From assembly GCF_025526975.1 (NCBI RefSeq), contig NW_026515680.1:248001-312000 (forward strand): a stretch of DNA of 64,000 nt, given 5' to 3'. Made by a program: the position numbers and the translations under genes. The notes under the pieces are model-generated. The model was not told where the DNA came from. It made no database searches and was given only the letters and a program-made list of their open reading frames with translations. Of this stretch, positions 48,399 through 59,674 are shown piece by piece; the stretch's first letter is position 1; every line of letters begins with the position of its first letter. This stretch comes from Fimicolochytrium jonesii (taxonomy: Eukaryota).

Positions 48399-49022
48399 TC
48401 ACGTCTTATCAGAACCCAGGGTGTCCACGGACTGTGTTTCCCAAGGCTTCTTCCGAGGTGCTAACGTGCTCGAACTAGGCCGTGCTTCTTGCAACTTATT
48501 TGGGATGTCTCGGATCCCTGGCACTTGCTCTCCTTTTGCTATCATTTCACAGATCTCCTGGAAACTCCTCGGGTAATGGCCGTCCACTGGTTTCCCTCCT
48601 TGTGCGCTATCTACGTGTGTCTTTGTTGGAGAAGCTTCTAACTGGTGACCACTCTCTGACGCTGCTATTGGGGCCGCTGGCGATGTTGAGAAGTCTGGCG
48701 ACCGGAGCAAAGCATTGCTTTGCATGCTTTTCCATGCCAGATACGCATTCAGATCGATTGGCTTTACAAACCTGATAAGCCCGGTTGTTAGAACGCTGAA
48801 AACTATGGCTGTAGCTGTGCTGAACCCGAAACCAGAAACTAACTTGGAATAGTAAAACGTTTTCGCCTTCTGCACATCAGCCTCTGCATTTCCCGCGCTT
48901 GGCCCCTTTGCCAATATGGATTGTAGACCGCTCTGGAAGCGTTCGTCCGCGTCCCAATCATAGCGTTCGAATGCCTCAAAGTCCGACATTGACGTTGAGC
49001 TCGCGTTGTCTTGAGTCGCCAT
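48399..49022 (-). CDS. PEX39: PEX39-like protein (DUF5572/KPWE domain)
   Basis: FERYDWDADERFQSGL...AKTFYYSK, SFQEICEMIAKGEQVPGIRDIPN and C-terminal RKKPWE. One 72-nt intron at 48772-48843. Confidence 0.75.
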   Translation of the reverse strand: MATQDNASSTSMSDFEAFERYDWDADERFQSGLQSILAKGPSAGNAEADVQKAKTFYYSKLVSGFGFSTATAIVFSVLTTGLIRFVKPIDLNAYLAWKSMQSNALLRSPDFSTSPAAPIAASESGHQLEASPTKTHVDSAQGGKPVDGHYPRSFQEICEMIAKGEQVPGIRDIPNKLQEARPSSSTLAPRKKPWETQSVDTLGSDKT

Positions 49023-49318
49023 GTTGTTCAAAAGTCACAGAGGTCTGGCAATAGCAGCGTCGATAGTGAGAAGAGCTTCGCTGGCGGTACCTCCAAAGTG
49101 CTCGGTTCTTTCTCCGCAGTTGTTGCGCCGTGCGGTATATATATAAATGTGGACGTTGTGGTTGAGAGACTCATGACTGACTGTGATTTCGCCGCCCCTG
49201 CCGGATTTTCGAGGAGGCGACAAGAACTCCAACCTACTCCAACCGAAAGAACGCTGAGGATTCTGGAATTTGAGACGCTCTGCAAACACAACCGTCGGCA
49301 AACGACAAAGCAATCAGC

Positions 49319-50197
49319 ATGCGAGGCTCCTCCTACTCAACGTCGACGCTAGTAATAGCAACCACAGCCGCCGTCGGTGCTGTGCTCGCCCTTCTCCTCG
49401 TCGGCCCTCCGACAACAAGAAGGAAGAAAATTACCCGCAAAATAAAGCCCGCCCCCTTGACACCACAACAAGGCCCCGCCTCGACCAACTCCCCTTCAGG
49501 CTCCACCGCATCTCTGTCTCCTATTCCCCCGCCACAGCTGCTGTCGGCGTCCTGGAGCTTCGTCGACCAATCCACCACCCAGCTCCACTCCTTTGCGGCG
49601 TTGTTCAGAGCCAGAGATCATGCAGAGAAACTGTACTCGGTCCTAGCAGAGCCAGAGACGTACTACCCGGCCACTAGGCAATCAGAGTTCGGAGTCGAAG
49701 TCCTTGAGCGAACCAGTGGTTTTGTCCGGTTCATTCGCTACAAACGGTCGAGGACGTCAAGGGGCGCGCGGGTGGTGGTGGACAGGCGAACGGGCGAGGA
49801 AGAAAACGCCGCCTCCGATAAGAAGAACGTTACTGGAAGCTCCGCGGCGGAGGAGAGCATGGACTCGGACTCTACCCCGTCATGGTTCATCGTCGACACC
49901 CTGACCGTTTTCAATACCACCATCACCGTTCGTCACACCGTACAAGTTGTCGAGGAGGAGCCTGCCCCACCCGCCGCTGAAGTCACCGAAGCGAGCTCTG
50001 GTGCTGTCGTCGTACCGAACGCAGACTCTCCCATCGAACACTCGATTGTGTTGCAAGTCGAGGTCACGGCCAATGGACCTTTGGGCACCGCGTGGGTGTT
50101 GGAGCGCAAGTATGCCGAAAGGATGGAGGCGGCTTTGACGGCGTTGGAGCACACCTGGAATGGGAAGGACGTCTCTGGTGGATTGGGAAGAATCTGA
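49319..50197 (+). CDS. Uncharacterised protein with N-terminal membrane anchor, possible SRPBCC/START-like domain, intronless
   Basis: 292-aa ORF. TM segment LVIATTAAVGAVLALLLVG followed by a basic patch; strand-rich core; long amphipathic C-terminal helix. Confidence 0.65.
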   Translation: MRGSSYSTSTLVIATTAAVGAVLALLLVGPPTTRRKKITRKIKPAPLTPQQGPASTNSPSGSTASLSPIPPPQLLSASWSFVDQSTTQLHSFAALFRARDHAEKLYSVLAEPETYYPATRQSEFGVEVLERTSGFVRFIRYKRSRTSRGARVVVDRRTGEEENAASDKKNVTGSSAAEESMDSDSTPSWFIVDTLTVFNTTITVRHTVQVVEEEPAPPAAEVTEASSGAVVVPNADSPIEHSIVLQVEVTANGPLGTAWVLERKYAERMEAALTALEHTWNGKDVSGGLGRI

Positions 50198-50560
50198 TTG
50201 CGATTATAGTTCCCTGAACAAGTTCAGATAATCTTATATAGATAGGGAGTGTGCAAAGTCGAAATCAACGGTGGCAATACCAAAATCGTTTAGCAAAGGA
50301 AGGGAGGGCAAAGTTGTGTATAGTGTTTTCGCTGCGAGAAGCTTTCATATTCCATTCCATATACATGCACGGCGCCGTTTGAAACATGCATAGCATTATC
50401 ATATTGTTGCCATCGTCCGCCAGTACGCCGCCAGGAAAGAAACATGCGGAACTCGAATCATATACAAAGAAGCAGCCTAAAAAAATATACAAAAGAGGAG
50501 CAAACCTCAATACACCCTAATCCAGTTACTCCAAAAATTCGTCCAACATTCGATGGAGCG

Positions 50561-53509
50561 TCAAACATTGCCCCACGTAAGCCTCACAACATGATCCGTC
50601 TTCCGCGTCGTACTCTTAATGAACCCAAGATACTCCAGCTCCGCAACCGCAGCGAAAAATCGAAGTTGGGCGTCGTCGCGATTCGACGCCGGTGGGGTAT
50701 TTTCGTCACTCTCCGCGGCAGATGCTGCCGCTGGTGGTACTTCCTTCTCTAGAACGGCAGAAAACGCCATGAACCAATCGTATAGATTGATCATTGACCC
50801 GCATTCGAGGTACAGACGGTACACGATGCTCGTGTCCTGTAGGGTATGAGAGATGGCAGATTCTCCAGCGGAGGTAGGACAGCAGGCGCAGTTGAGGTAG
50901 TTGGTCGTGTGCCCGAGGGCTGTTTGTATTGCGGCTCGTGGCTGAGGGTGGAATGCCTGCGACGAACACGGGAAGTGTTACCACGATCCCATCCATCAGG
51001 GAAAAATGCAAATCCGTCGGATCTCCTCAAACTCACCCTTTCCAGCAGCTTGGCGTTCGAATACACAAACACCTCATGCAAAGGCAGTTCGCGATACGAT
51101 CTAAAACACTCGCCAAAGAAGTTGTCAAAGAGCTCGCGGGTGACCTTGGTGTACTCCTGCAGCTTCTCCTCGCGAGCATTCACGCTGGCCTTGAAGGCCT
51201 CGGGCGCATCCCTGCTCCGCAAGCTGCGTTTCTTCATCGGCGGTTGCAGCGCATCACCTTCGTCACCGCTGTTGGACTGCATCGCTTGCACTTCCTCAAA
51301 GTCTCCGATCAGGACTTGCAGCATGTCGGATTCGTTTTCACATGCTTCTTGGGTCCTTTCATCGCGTGTCAATGTCAGGAGACAAGCATTCAGGCATTCC
51401 GAAATTTTGGACACTTTCTGTTTCCTACAGTCTCACAACGGTTCAGTCTGATGGACCAAGAGCCTTGCTCCTCTTGGCAACACTCACAGGAGAACTTTGA
51501 GCAAGCCTTCCAGATAGGGAGACGCAAGGAGATCACCGCTCAGACCGTCCTTGTGCAATGCCCATATCGGTTTCCTGAAACTCGGATTACCGAGTGTGGC
51601 TTGCAGCGCTTTGATGCAAGCCAGCCCAGCGCGATACCGAAGATGGTAAAGATCCCATAAGGCGACGCATTCGAAAAGCCACGATCTCAGCTCGTCATCA
51701 TTTATGAGGATGCTGGCAGCCTTTCCTGGGTCGTCTTCTTTCAATCGGTCTAGATACCTACGCAATGGAGAGTGTCAATACGGACTCGTCATGAACGCGC
51801 AATGATGCGACAAGAGGGTACCTCCTGAATGACCTCAACATCCGAATCCTGACTAGATGCTCTTCTCCCAGTTTATTGACCAGAGTGTCATCTTCCTCGC
51901 TTTGCGACACATCCAGCAGCACCGACAGGGGATTCGTATAATAGAAATCCATGACAGCATACTAGACATCGACCGGAGGTCAGATACGCAGAAGACTATT
52001 GCCAGTACACGGTTGATACCAACCTTGAGTGTCCTCTCAAATGTCCCGATGGAATGTGTCCGCAATAGGAAATGATCTGTCATCAACTTGTACGGGCCCT
52101 CCCCGAGGTGGAACCCAACAGACATGCCGTCCGCAGCCGAGGGTCGCTGAATGAAGATCTGCAGAGACCCGTAGTGTTGGAACGGGCTCGGCCCGTTTCA
52201 CGTCTTCTCGGTCAAAATGCCCATACCTCTTCCACAACACCATTCATGCACTCCAGTGAATGTCGGGTTCGAAAGGTTGTCATATGCAGGGACCCGAGCG
52301 CTCTCTCAGTGATCATCTGTCTGACGGTTTCGGTCGACGTTGCCACCCCCAGCAAGAAGACAAACGGTATTATGGAGATGTATTCCCTGGAAGAGCGGCG
52401 TTAGTGTCCTTTGTCTTCAAACGCGGCCCTATCTACCGTTGCACTCACTTCAGAATCTGAACCAGATCCTCCAGTATATGTGGCTGGAAGTGCTCCAAGT
52501 CGGGTAGGATTACCACCAAGGTTTTGTTTCCTCCTTTCCGCTTATGCCACCCCGTCAGTTTCTGCAAGTCGTCCGCTGGCAATTTCGCTCGTGCCTGGAA
52601 GTACTAAAGTTCGTGAGGCAAAGCTTCGGTGTGAGCGCATTCGCACCATACCACTTACCCGTCCGGTTGAACCGCGTGGCACCTGAGCCATCTCATCATC
52701 CACGTCATCACCCGAGCCCACCAGCTGGGCTATCATAGTTTTCAGCGTTGAGCTCAACGAGTCGCAACTCGTTGCGGGTAATGTAGCCACAGCGAAATTC
52801 TCCAGAGCCGAAATCTTCGAGGCCACTTCGCTGAACTGTTGCTCATGATCCGGCGTGTTGATGCCTGTCAGAATCAATCCGGTGGGGATCTGGGTGCAAG
52901 CATCTCTTGCGCTGTAGTGGAGCATTGGTTATCTGAAGACCTTTTCAGATTGTCTTAAGTGAACATGGCTTACCTTCGATATCCGCAATACAGGTCGGAT
53001 CCACCTTCGTTCGGCTGCCGCACGAACTTGACAATGTCTTCAACCCCGTCGGCATGCAGTCGAGCTAAGATACTCTATGTAAGCACATTGTAGAATGTCA
53101 GCGGTCAGGGACAACGTGAGACCAAGCTCGCCACGGAAGAGCTCACATTAAAAGCGCCCTTGATCGCGCTCCATCTCTTCTTACAGGCAGTTTGCCGAAG
53201 GTTGCATAGGTCCTTCCGTTCCTTGTTGACGAACAGCCTTTGGAAGCCTTCCGACTCTTTGAATGTAGCAGCGTCTAAATGAGGCGGTGCAATGGTTTTA
53301 ACCGTGCTTTTGGTCATCGAGCTACAAGAAGCCCTGGGAGTCACACCATCCCCGCTGCTTACCTTGCCCGAAAGCGGAAGCACCGTCACGGGCGGGTATC
53401 ACGAAAGTCCCCTGTTTGCATCGCCAGGTAAGTCACCAGCGTTTCCGAAAGCTAGCTTGCATGTCTTTGGCCCACATACCTCTGATATTTTGTCAAGGAG
53501 GACGGTCAT
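50561..53509 (-). CDS. ORC3: Origin recognition complex subunit 3, multi-exon
   Basis: QIPTGLILTGINTPDH; IPFVFLLGVATST; MDFYYTNPLSVL; LPLHEVFVY; winged-helix LYLECGSMINLYDWFMAF...RFFAAVAELEYLGFIKSTTRKTDHVVRLTWG. Confidence 0.93.
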
Positions 53510-53802
53510 GGTCGGTCTATTTTTTGGGGCCGAACCCTCGATTTCTTCTCGCTTGTATGAGGTCCTCAAATTTTTCGGCCAAAGAGGGAGCCTTCGACCG
53601 ATGCCTCGGTCTTAACAACCGAAGGGAGCCCTATGCACTTCCTGTTTGTGCAGGCAAATGCCGTACCCCGACAAATTGCGGTAACGATGTGTGCGTGTCT
53701 GCGAATAACAAAGTTCACCAAAAGGATGTTCATGTCCGTCTTTTCGGACTACTTTCCTTTGGTGATTATTCGGAGTGCAAAAGCAAAAGCACAAGGTCAA
53801 AC

Positions 53803-53877
53803 TCCCCTCGCAAGGAATCGAACCTCGGCCTTCGCCTACAAAAGATGGCGATATCCTGACCACTGGACCACGAGGGA
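53803..53877 (-). tRNA. tRNA-Glu-like gene with a non-canonical 10-nt anticodon loop (undetermined anticodon or pseudo-tRNA)
   Basis: TCCCTCG TG GTCC AGTGGTCA GGAT A TCGCC ATCTTTTGTA GGCGA AGGC CGAGG TTCGATT CCTTG CGAGGGG A. All four stems pair, A and B boxes are intact, and T4 runs lie downstream. Confidence 0.8.
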
Positions 53878-54042
53878 TCGTTCTTATAACAGCATGGGAA
53901 TTGACGACTGACAAATTAAGACAGTTGTCCGTCTGTCTTTCATGCCCGAGGCTCTTCAACCGGCAGGTGTGCTGCATGTAAGCCGGCGTGTTCATTGTTC
54001 AACGTTCGAACAAGTTCCACACGAAGCTCTTCTTCCTCCGCT

Positions 54043-55139
54043 ATGCAAAAGTACGCCGATTTGAAGGACATCAACGACCGGGACCTTGCCGGCTATGGCG
54101 CAAACCCGCCAAAATTCAGCTGGCCAAACGGCAACAAGATCGCGTTGTCGTTCGTCGTCAACTACGAGGAGGTATTGCGCTGAATGGATTGGCGAAAACG
54201 AATTTACACAGGGACACTATGTCTGACACAGTGTAACAGGGCGGCGAGAACACGGTGGTGAACGGGGACCGCGCCAGCGAAGTATTCCTCAATGAGACCC
54301 CTGGTGGTACGCCGCGGCGGGCGCGGGACATGAACATGGAAACGCAGTACGAGTACGGCACCCGAGCGGGCGTCCACCGCATCCTTTCCATCTTCAGGGC
54401 CTGCAAGAGCAAGTTCACTTGCTTCGCCGTCGGACGCGCCGTGGAGTTGACGCCAGAGCCCGTAAAGCAGATGCATGCAGAGGGACACGAGGTCTGCAGT
54501 CATAACTACCGGTGGATCGATTACCACGGCTCCGACGTTACGCCAGAGATAGAGGCGGATCATTGTCGAAAAACTATATCCGCCATCAGGAACGCTACGG
54601 GCAAACCCCCGCGTGGATGGTACACCGGGCGGATTGGCCCGGAAAGCAGGGGCGTGGTGGTGCGGGAATACAGGAAGCTGGGACTGGAACTGTTGTATGA
54701 TTCAGATGCGTATAACGATGATCTCCCGTACTGGGTTAAGGTCGACGACGAACCTCATTTGGTTATTCCTTACACCCTCGACCAGGTAACCATTCGAAAA
54801 GGGAGATATATCGCCTAAGTGAGGCGTCCAACCGCTGATGTTTAATCATGTTGTCATTTGCAGAACGATATGAAATTCTGCGTCCCACCAGGGTTCTCCT
54901 CGCCGGACGGTTTCTTCACCTACCTCAAAGACGCATTCGACATGCTTTACCAGGAAGGCGTCGAGGGCACACCCAAGATGATGTCGATTGGTCTGCACTG
55001 TAGGTTAGTGGGCAAACCAGGGCGAGCAGCGGCGTTGCAGAGATTCCTGCAGTACGTCAAAAGCAAAGAGGGAGTGTGGATTGCGACGAGGGAGGAGATT
55101 GCAAAGTTCTGGAGGAAGGAGTTCCCGGTTCAGAGGTAG
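54043..55139 (+). CDS. Polysaccharide deacetylase (CE4) family, PuuE allantoinase / Cda1-like, three exons
   Basis: RDLAGYGANPP..WPNGNKIALSFVVNYEEGGE, ETQYEYGTRAGVHRI, HEVCSHNYRWIDY, PRGWYTGR, YDSDAYNDDLPYW, KMMSIGLHCRLVGKPGR. Confidence 0.92.
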
Positions 55140-55280
55140 ACTAGTCGAGAGGCGTAACAATTCACGGGCGTAGGGCGCGACTCTCTGTTGATGATAGAGT
55201 CAATGCATTAGTGATGTAGTTACAGTGTGTGATATATATACAGTACAATGTAGACCATGATCCCCGCCCCTCCTACATCC

Positions 55281-57659
55281 CTAAATCTCCAGATCAGCTA
55301 GCAAATCAAATGCACCTCCACCCTGAATTCCATCACTCTCACTCCCGTCACTCTCCTCCTCGCTCGACGCATCCTCCCCATCTTGCACTACGTAGCTATC
55401 ACTATCACTAGGCTTGCTACTATTCCACAACCCCTCCTTAAACCCTTTCGGCTTGAAAACAAGCCGAATCTTTCCATCCACGCACATCCTCAAAATCAGA
55501 TTAGCCGCTCTGTAGACATCCGGACGGGACGTGCGCGCCGTGAGGAACCCACGCTGGTACGCGAAAGCTTCACAAATCTGCCAAGCCGACCATGTAGCCG
55601 CGGGACGCTGACCGTGGTCCTCGTCATCCTTCTCGGCGTCCGGATGCTGTAACGCGAGAATCTTCTCCAGGGGCATACGCGCGGCGAGGTAGGCGATAGC
55701 GGTGTAGGGTTCTTGGACCTGCGAGATTCGGTACATGCCGGAGAGGATTTGCAATGGTTTGGGGATGATTCCTGGGAAGACGAGGCCGGGGCAATCACAG
55801 AAGCGGACGTTGGCGGTGAGGTGGATGGTTTGGAAGTGCTTTGTATGCCCGGGTGTTCGAGATGTTGAGACAACTTTTTTGCCCATTAGGCTGTTGATTA
55901 GTGAGGATTTTCCGACGTTCCTGGAACATGAAATATGTGAGATAACGGTGGAGTCCAATGTAGAACGAGGCTATCAAGTCTGCCTACGGATGACCAACGA
56001 ATCCGATCGTAACCCAGTCTTTATGAGGTTCGAACCCCTCGTGCGTCACATCCGACGTCGCTGCTTCTGACGACCGATCTATGGATGAAGTTATGGTCAG
56101 TACCGTAGCACCCGGCCCTTACAGTTCCCTTTGCCGTCTCTACCAACCATGCTCATCAACCTCCTCAGATTCACTATCAACCGACTCATCATCCGGCGGT
56201 ACATCATCACCTATCCTCTGTCGTCTCCTCTTCTCCCCCTTATCCTGCTCCCGGATCCGATCCTCTTCATCTTTCTGTCGCTGCTCAACCTCCGCACGTT
56301 CGACGAGCGCGTCCCAGTTGACGACAGCTTGGTTTTTGATCAAGTGCACGTCGCGGCAGGCGCGGAGAACCTCGGGGACACCTACACCGCGGACGGCTGG
56401 CTTTGCGCGGCGCTTGCTGGCTGGTCGGACGACTGTGAGGATAGATTGTGTGAGATGGTCGATACGTGGATGATGGGAATAACGGAAGGTTGCGTACCAT
56501 CGGGAGCATCGGACTTCACAAAGTCGTTCTTCGAATAGCAACTGAAGCTAGCGATAATCAGTTCCGGGAATGTGGCTCGGAAGTAGATTGTCCATGCTTC
56601 GAGAGTTTCAGATGTGACGAGATCGATCTGCGGGGACCTAGTCAGAATCCCCTGCCCTATCCGTCGGAAACCCCCTGTCTCAACGTACCTTGTTGAAGAC
56701 CAGGACAAGCTTACGCTTCAGGTCCTTCACCACGTAGTCATACAGAGAAGGCGGAAAGTGTAGCACGGGATGGCGGACGTCAACAATGAAGAGCAGAATG
56801 TCGCTGGGAAGGAGAATCAGCCGGACAGCTCGTGAACTAACAATCGATCATGTGATGATCTGACACTCACGACATCTCACAAACACGCCATACTACGAAG
56901 AAGGGAAGAACAGTGAGTCGTCCCTCCCTTGTTGGAGGTGTCATTGCAGGCCGCAAACTTACACTGCCTCCAAACATCCAGATTGTGCTCAAAATACGAC
57001 AGCTCATCCGAGCGATGCTTCGAATACACTCCTTCCATCCACTGCTTGAAGTATGCCTCCTCGCGTACTTCTAACTGGTACCTCGAGTCCTTGTACGACC
57101 ATATCGGTCGTTTCGGGATGTCAATGACAGCGTCGGCGGAATACAGCTCCTCAAATGACACTTCCAAAGACGTCTAACTTGCCACAGACAAGGGAGATCA
57201 TCAGAAACGTGAAAGATTATGGACATCATGTCGAATGGATGGACGTACTCACGTCCGGTAGATGCTCCAGCGGCTGCATGCTCTCCTTCTTCCTCCGCTC
57301 GACGACATCCGGTGGCAGTTTGGCGAATACGGACTCTAGGGCTCCGTGGCCATAGGCTGCGTCTACCACGTTCCGAGGTTGGACGAGGGTCGCCTCTTCA
57401 TGGTGGGAGGCGTCCGAGTCACTTAGGGGTCGGTCTGCACTATCGCGACTTCTCTGGGTCGGTGAAGCGGCCCTAGCGTTGCCTGGGGCAAGGTGCAAAC
57501 TTATTAGCTTCTCTTCTCAAAATGACACCCAAGTCGTGGCCGACCTTGCCTACCTGCGTCATCCCAACCCCAATCGTCGTCCTTTTTCCTTAAGCGCTTC
57601 TGCTGCAACTGTACTTTCTTCGCCTTCTGGCTGAACGGCTTCTTATGCCTGGACGCCAT
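55281..57659 (-). CDS. GNL1: Circularly permuted GTPase, GNL1-like, multi-exon
   Basis: N-terminus KKPFSQKAKKVQLQQKR; IDIPKRPIW; YFEHNLDVWRQ; VDVRHPVLHFPPSLY; NVGKSSLIN; SRTPGHTKHFQT; DCPGLVFP; DVYRAANLILR. Confidence 0.92.
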
Positions 57660-57882
57660 TCTTCACGTTCTCGTCAGTTAATGGCGGGTGATCTACCGTG
57701 CTTGGTCTCTCGTTTCTGTAGTTCCGAATGCTTTGACGCGACTTGACGAGAGGCGAACGGCCCCTTTGACATTTGGCGCCCTCAGCATTTCGAAACCTGT
57801 GGAGACCTGTGGAACCAAAGGGAACACTCCATCGTCAAGGCATCGCCACGGAGGTCCTAATAAACCAGCAACGGAAGCAAAC

Positions 57883-59363
57883 ATGGACCGGCCTATGACA
57901 TCCCTATGCACGAGGTTGAAAGGTGCCCTAGCGAATGCGCCGACCAAAGAATTGCGTGGACATCAGCAAAAAGTGCTCACGGTCGGGTGGAGCTCCGATG
58001 GCCGGAGACTGGGTTCGGGGTCCGCCGACAAGACAGCGAGAGTGTATACCAATATTGAGCGGACAGTGAGTATTGCGGGCTCATTGCTGTTATGGGCTTG
58101 CGGAGAGTAAGATTGTCTTCGGTCCTTCTACTCAGAATAGCAAAGACGCCTTGGAGTTGAAGGCACATACGGGCGACGTCGATCAGTTGTGTTGGGACCC
58201 GACACACCCTGATAGACTGGCGACAGCATCCCTCGACAGTTCGATTATCATGTGGGACGTACGAAGTATGTATCTTGTTCTAGGAAGCCGCAATAATCAA
58301 ATGTCCACTCAATGTTTTTGTGCCTCGAACAGCGGCGGACAGATCAAAAACTTCACCGTATATCTGTAAAGTGAAAACCACGGGAGAAAACATCAACCTA
58401 TGTTGGAGCCCCGATGGAAGGAACATCGCGGTGGGGAACAAGGTGGGATCTCCGCATGCTGAGGAGAACATGGCGCTGAGGGGAGCGGTCATCTGAGACT
58501 CTTTTGTGTATCGAAGGAAGATGTTGTGGCTTTCATTGATCCGAGGGGAGGAGGAGATGCAACAAGTGAGAAGAAGTACATATGGCATACGATAAAGAAT
58601 GATGTTGAGGTGAGGCCCGCGTTCTTGATGCATGGCGAGGCATACGCACAGGTGCTGACAGGGAAACCAGATCAACGAAATCAGCTGGAACTTCGCCGGG
58701 GATCTGTTCTTCATGACCACGGGACAGGGTATGTTTGCGTCATGTGCTGGTCACAATCCTTGAATTCATCCTAACCGAGTACAATAGGGACGGTGCGCAT
58801 ACTGGAGTTCCCGGGATTCAAACAAGTTACCGACCTGTACGCACATACCGCCAATCTGTACTGTCTAGACTTTGATCCACGAGGAAAATATTTTGCCACT
58901 GGGAGTGCAGATGCTTTAGTAGCTCTCTGGGATCTCGATTCCCTTCTATGTTTACGAACATTTGGGACTCTTGAGTACGTGAATTTGTGACTCCGATGGG
59001 ATGGGATGCATCGAGATTCTCATATCAACTTGCTTCTCAGATGGCCAGTCCGAACAATCAGCATGAGCCACGACGGCGAACTCATCGCCTCTGGATCAGA
59101 AGATCGGATAATCGACATCGTGCGTACAATGCATCACCATGTTTCCACCATTCCTCGCATGTCGATGTACTTACTGCTCGCTCTAACAGTCTTCCGTCGA
59201 AACCGGCCACAATATCTACACGATCCACACGAGTGCAGCAACGAACAGCATCGCATGGCATCCCTACAAACACTTGCTGGCGTACGCGGGCGATGACGCG
59301 ATGGCTACGAGACCGGAAGGGAATTTGAGGGTGTTTGGCTTGAGTGACTTGAAAAACGGATAA
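57883..59363 (+). CDS. THOC3: THO complex subunit 3 (Tex1), WD40 protein, multi-exon
   Basis: GHQQKVLTVGWSSDGRRLGSGSADKTA; HTGDVDQLCWDP; GENINLCWSPDG; AHTANLYCLDFDPRGKYFATGSADALVALWD; WPVRTISMSHDG; AWHPYKHLLAYAGD. Confidence 0.94.
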
Positions 59364-59674
59364 TCGCGGGGTGAAGGATGGGAAGACGAAAGATATGCCG
59401 GTTGTGCACTCGGATCGAGCTCCATCTCCTACAGAGTGAAAAGCTCACCATGGCTGGAAATAGAGCGCTTTTTTGGGTGTTGCGATTTGCGGTCGGCGCT
59501 TCGAGGAACAGAGCTGCGGAACGAATCGAATCGAAAACGTTGGACACCTGAACGAGTTGTCGGGCCAACAGTAATCATCAGGACGGGGCGACAAGCCTGG
59601 ACTTCATGCGAATTGAAGTCCACAGATGCTTGAATTTCGAAAATGGAAAAAGAATGGTCCAACAAAATGTCCTT

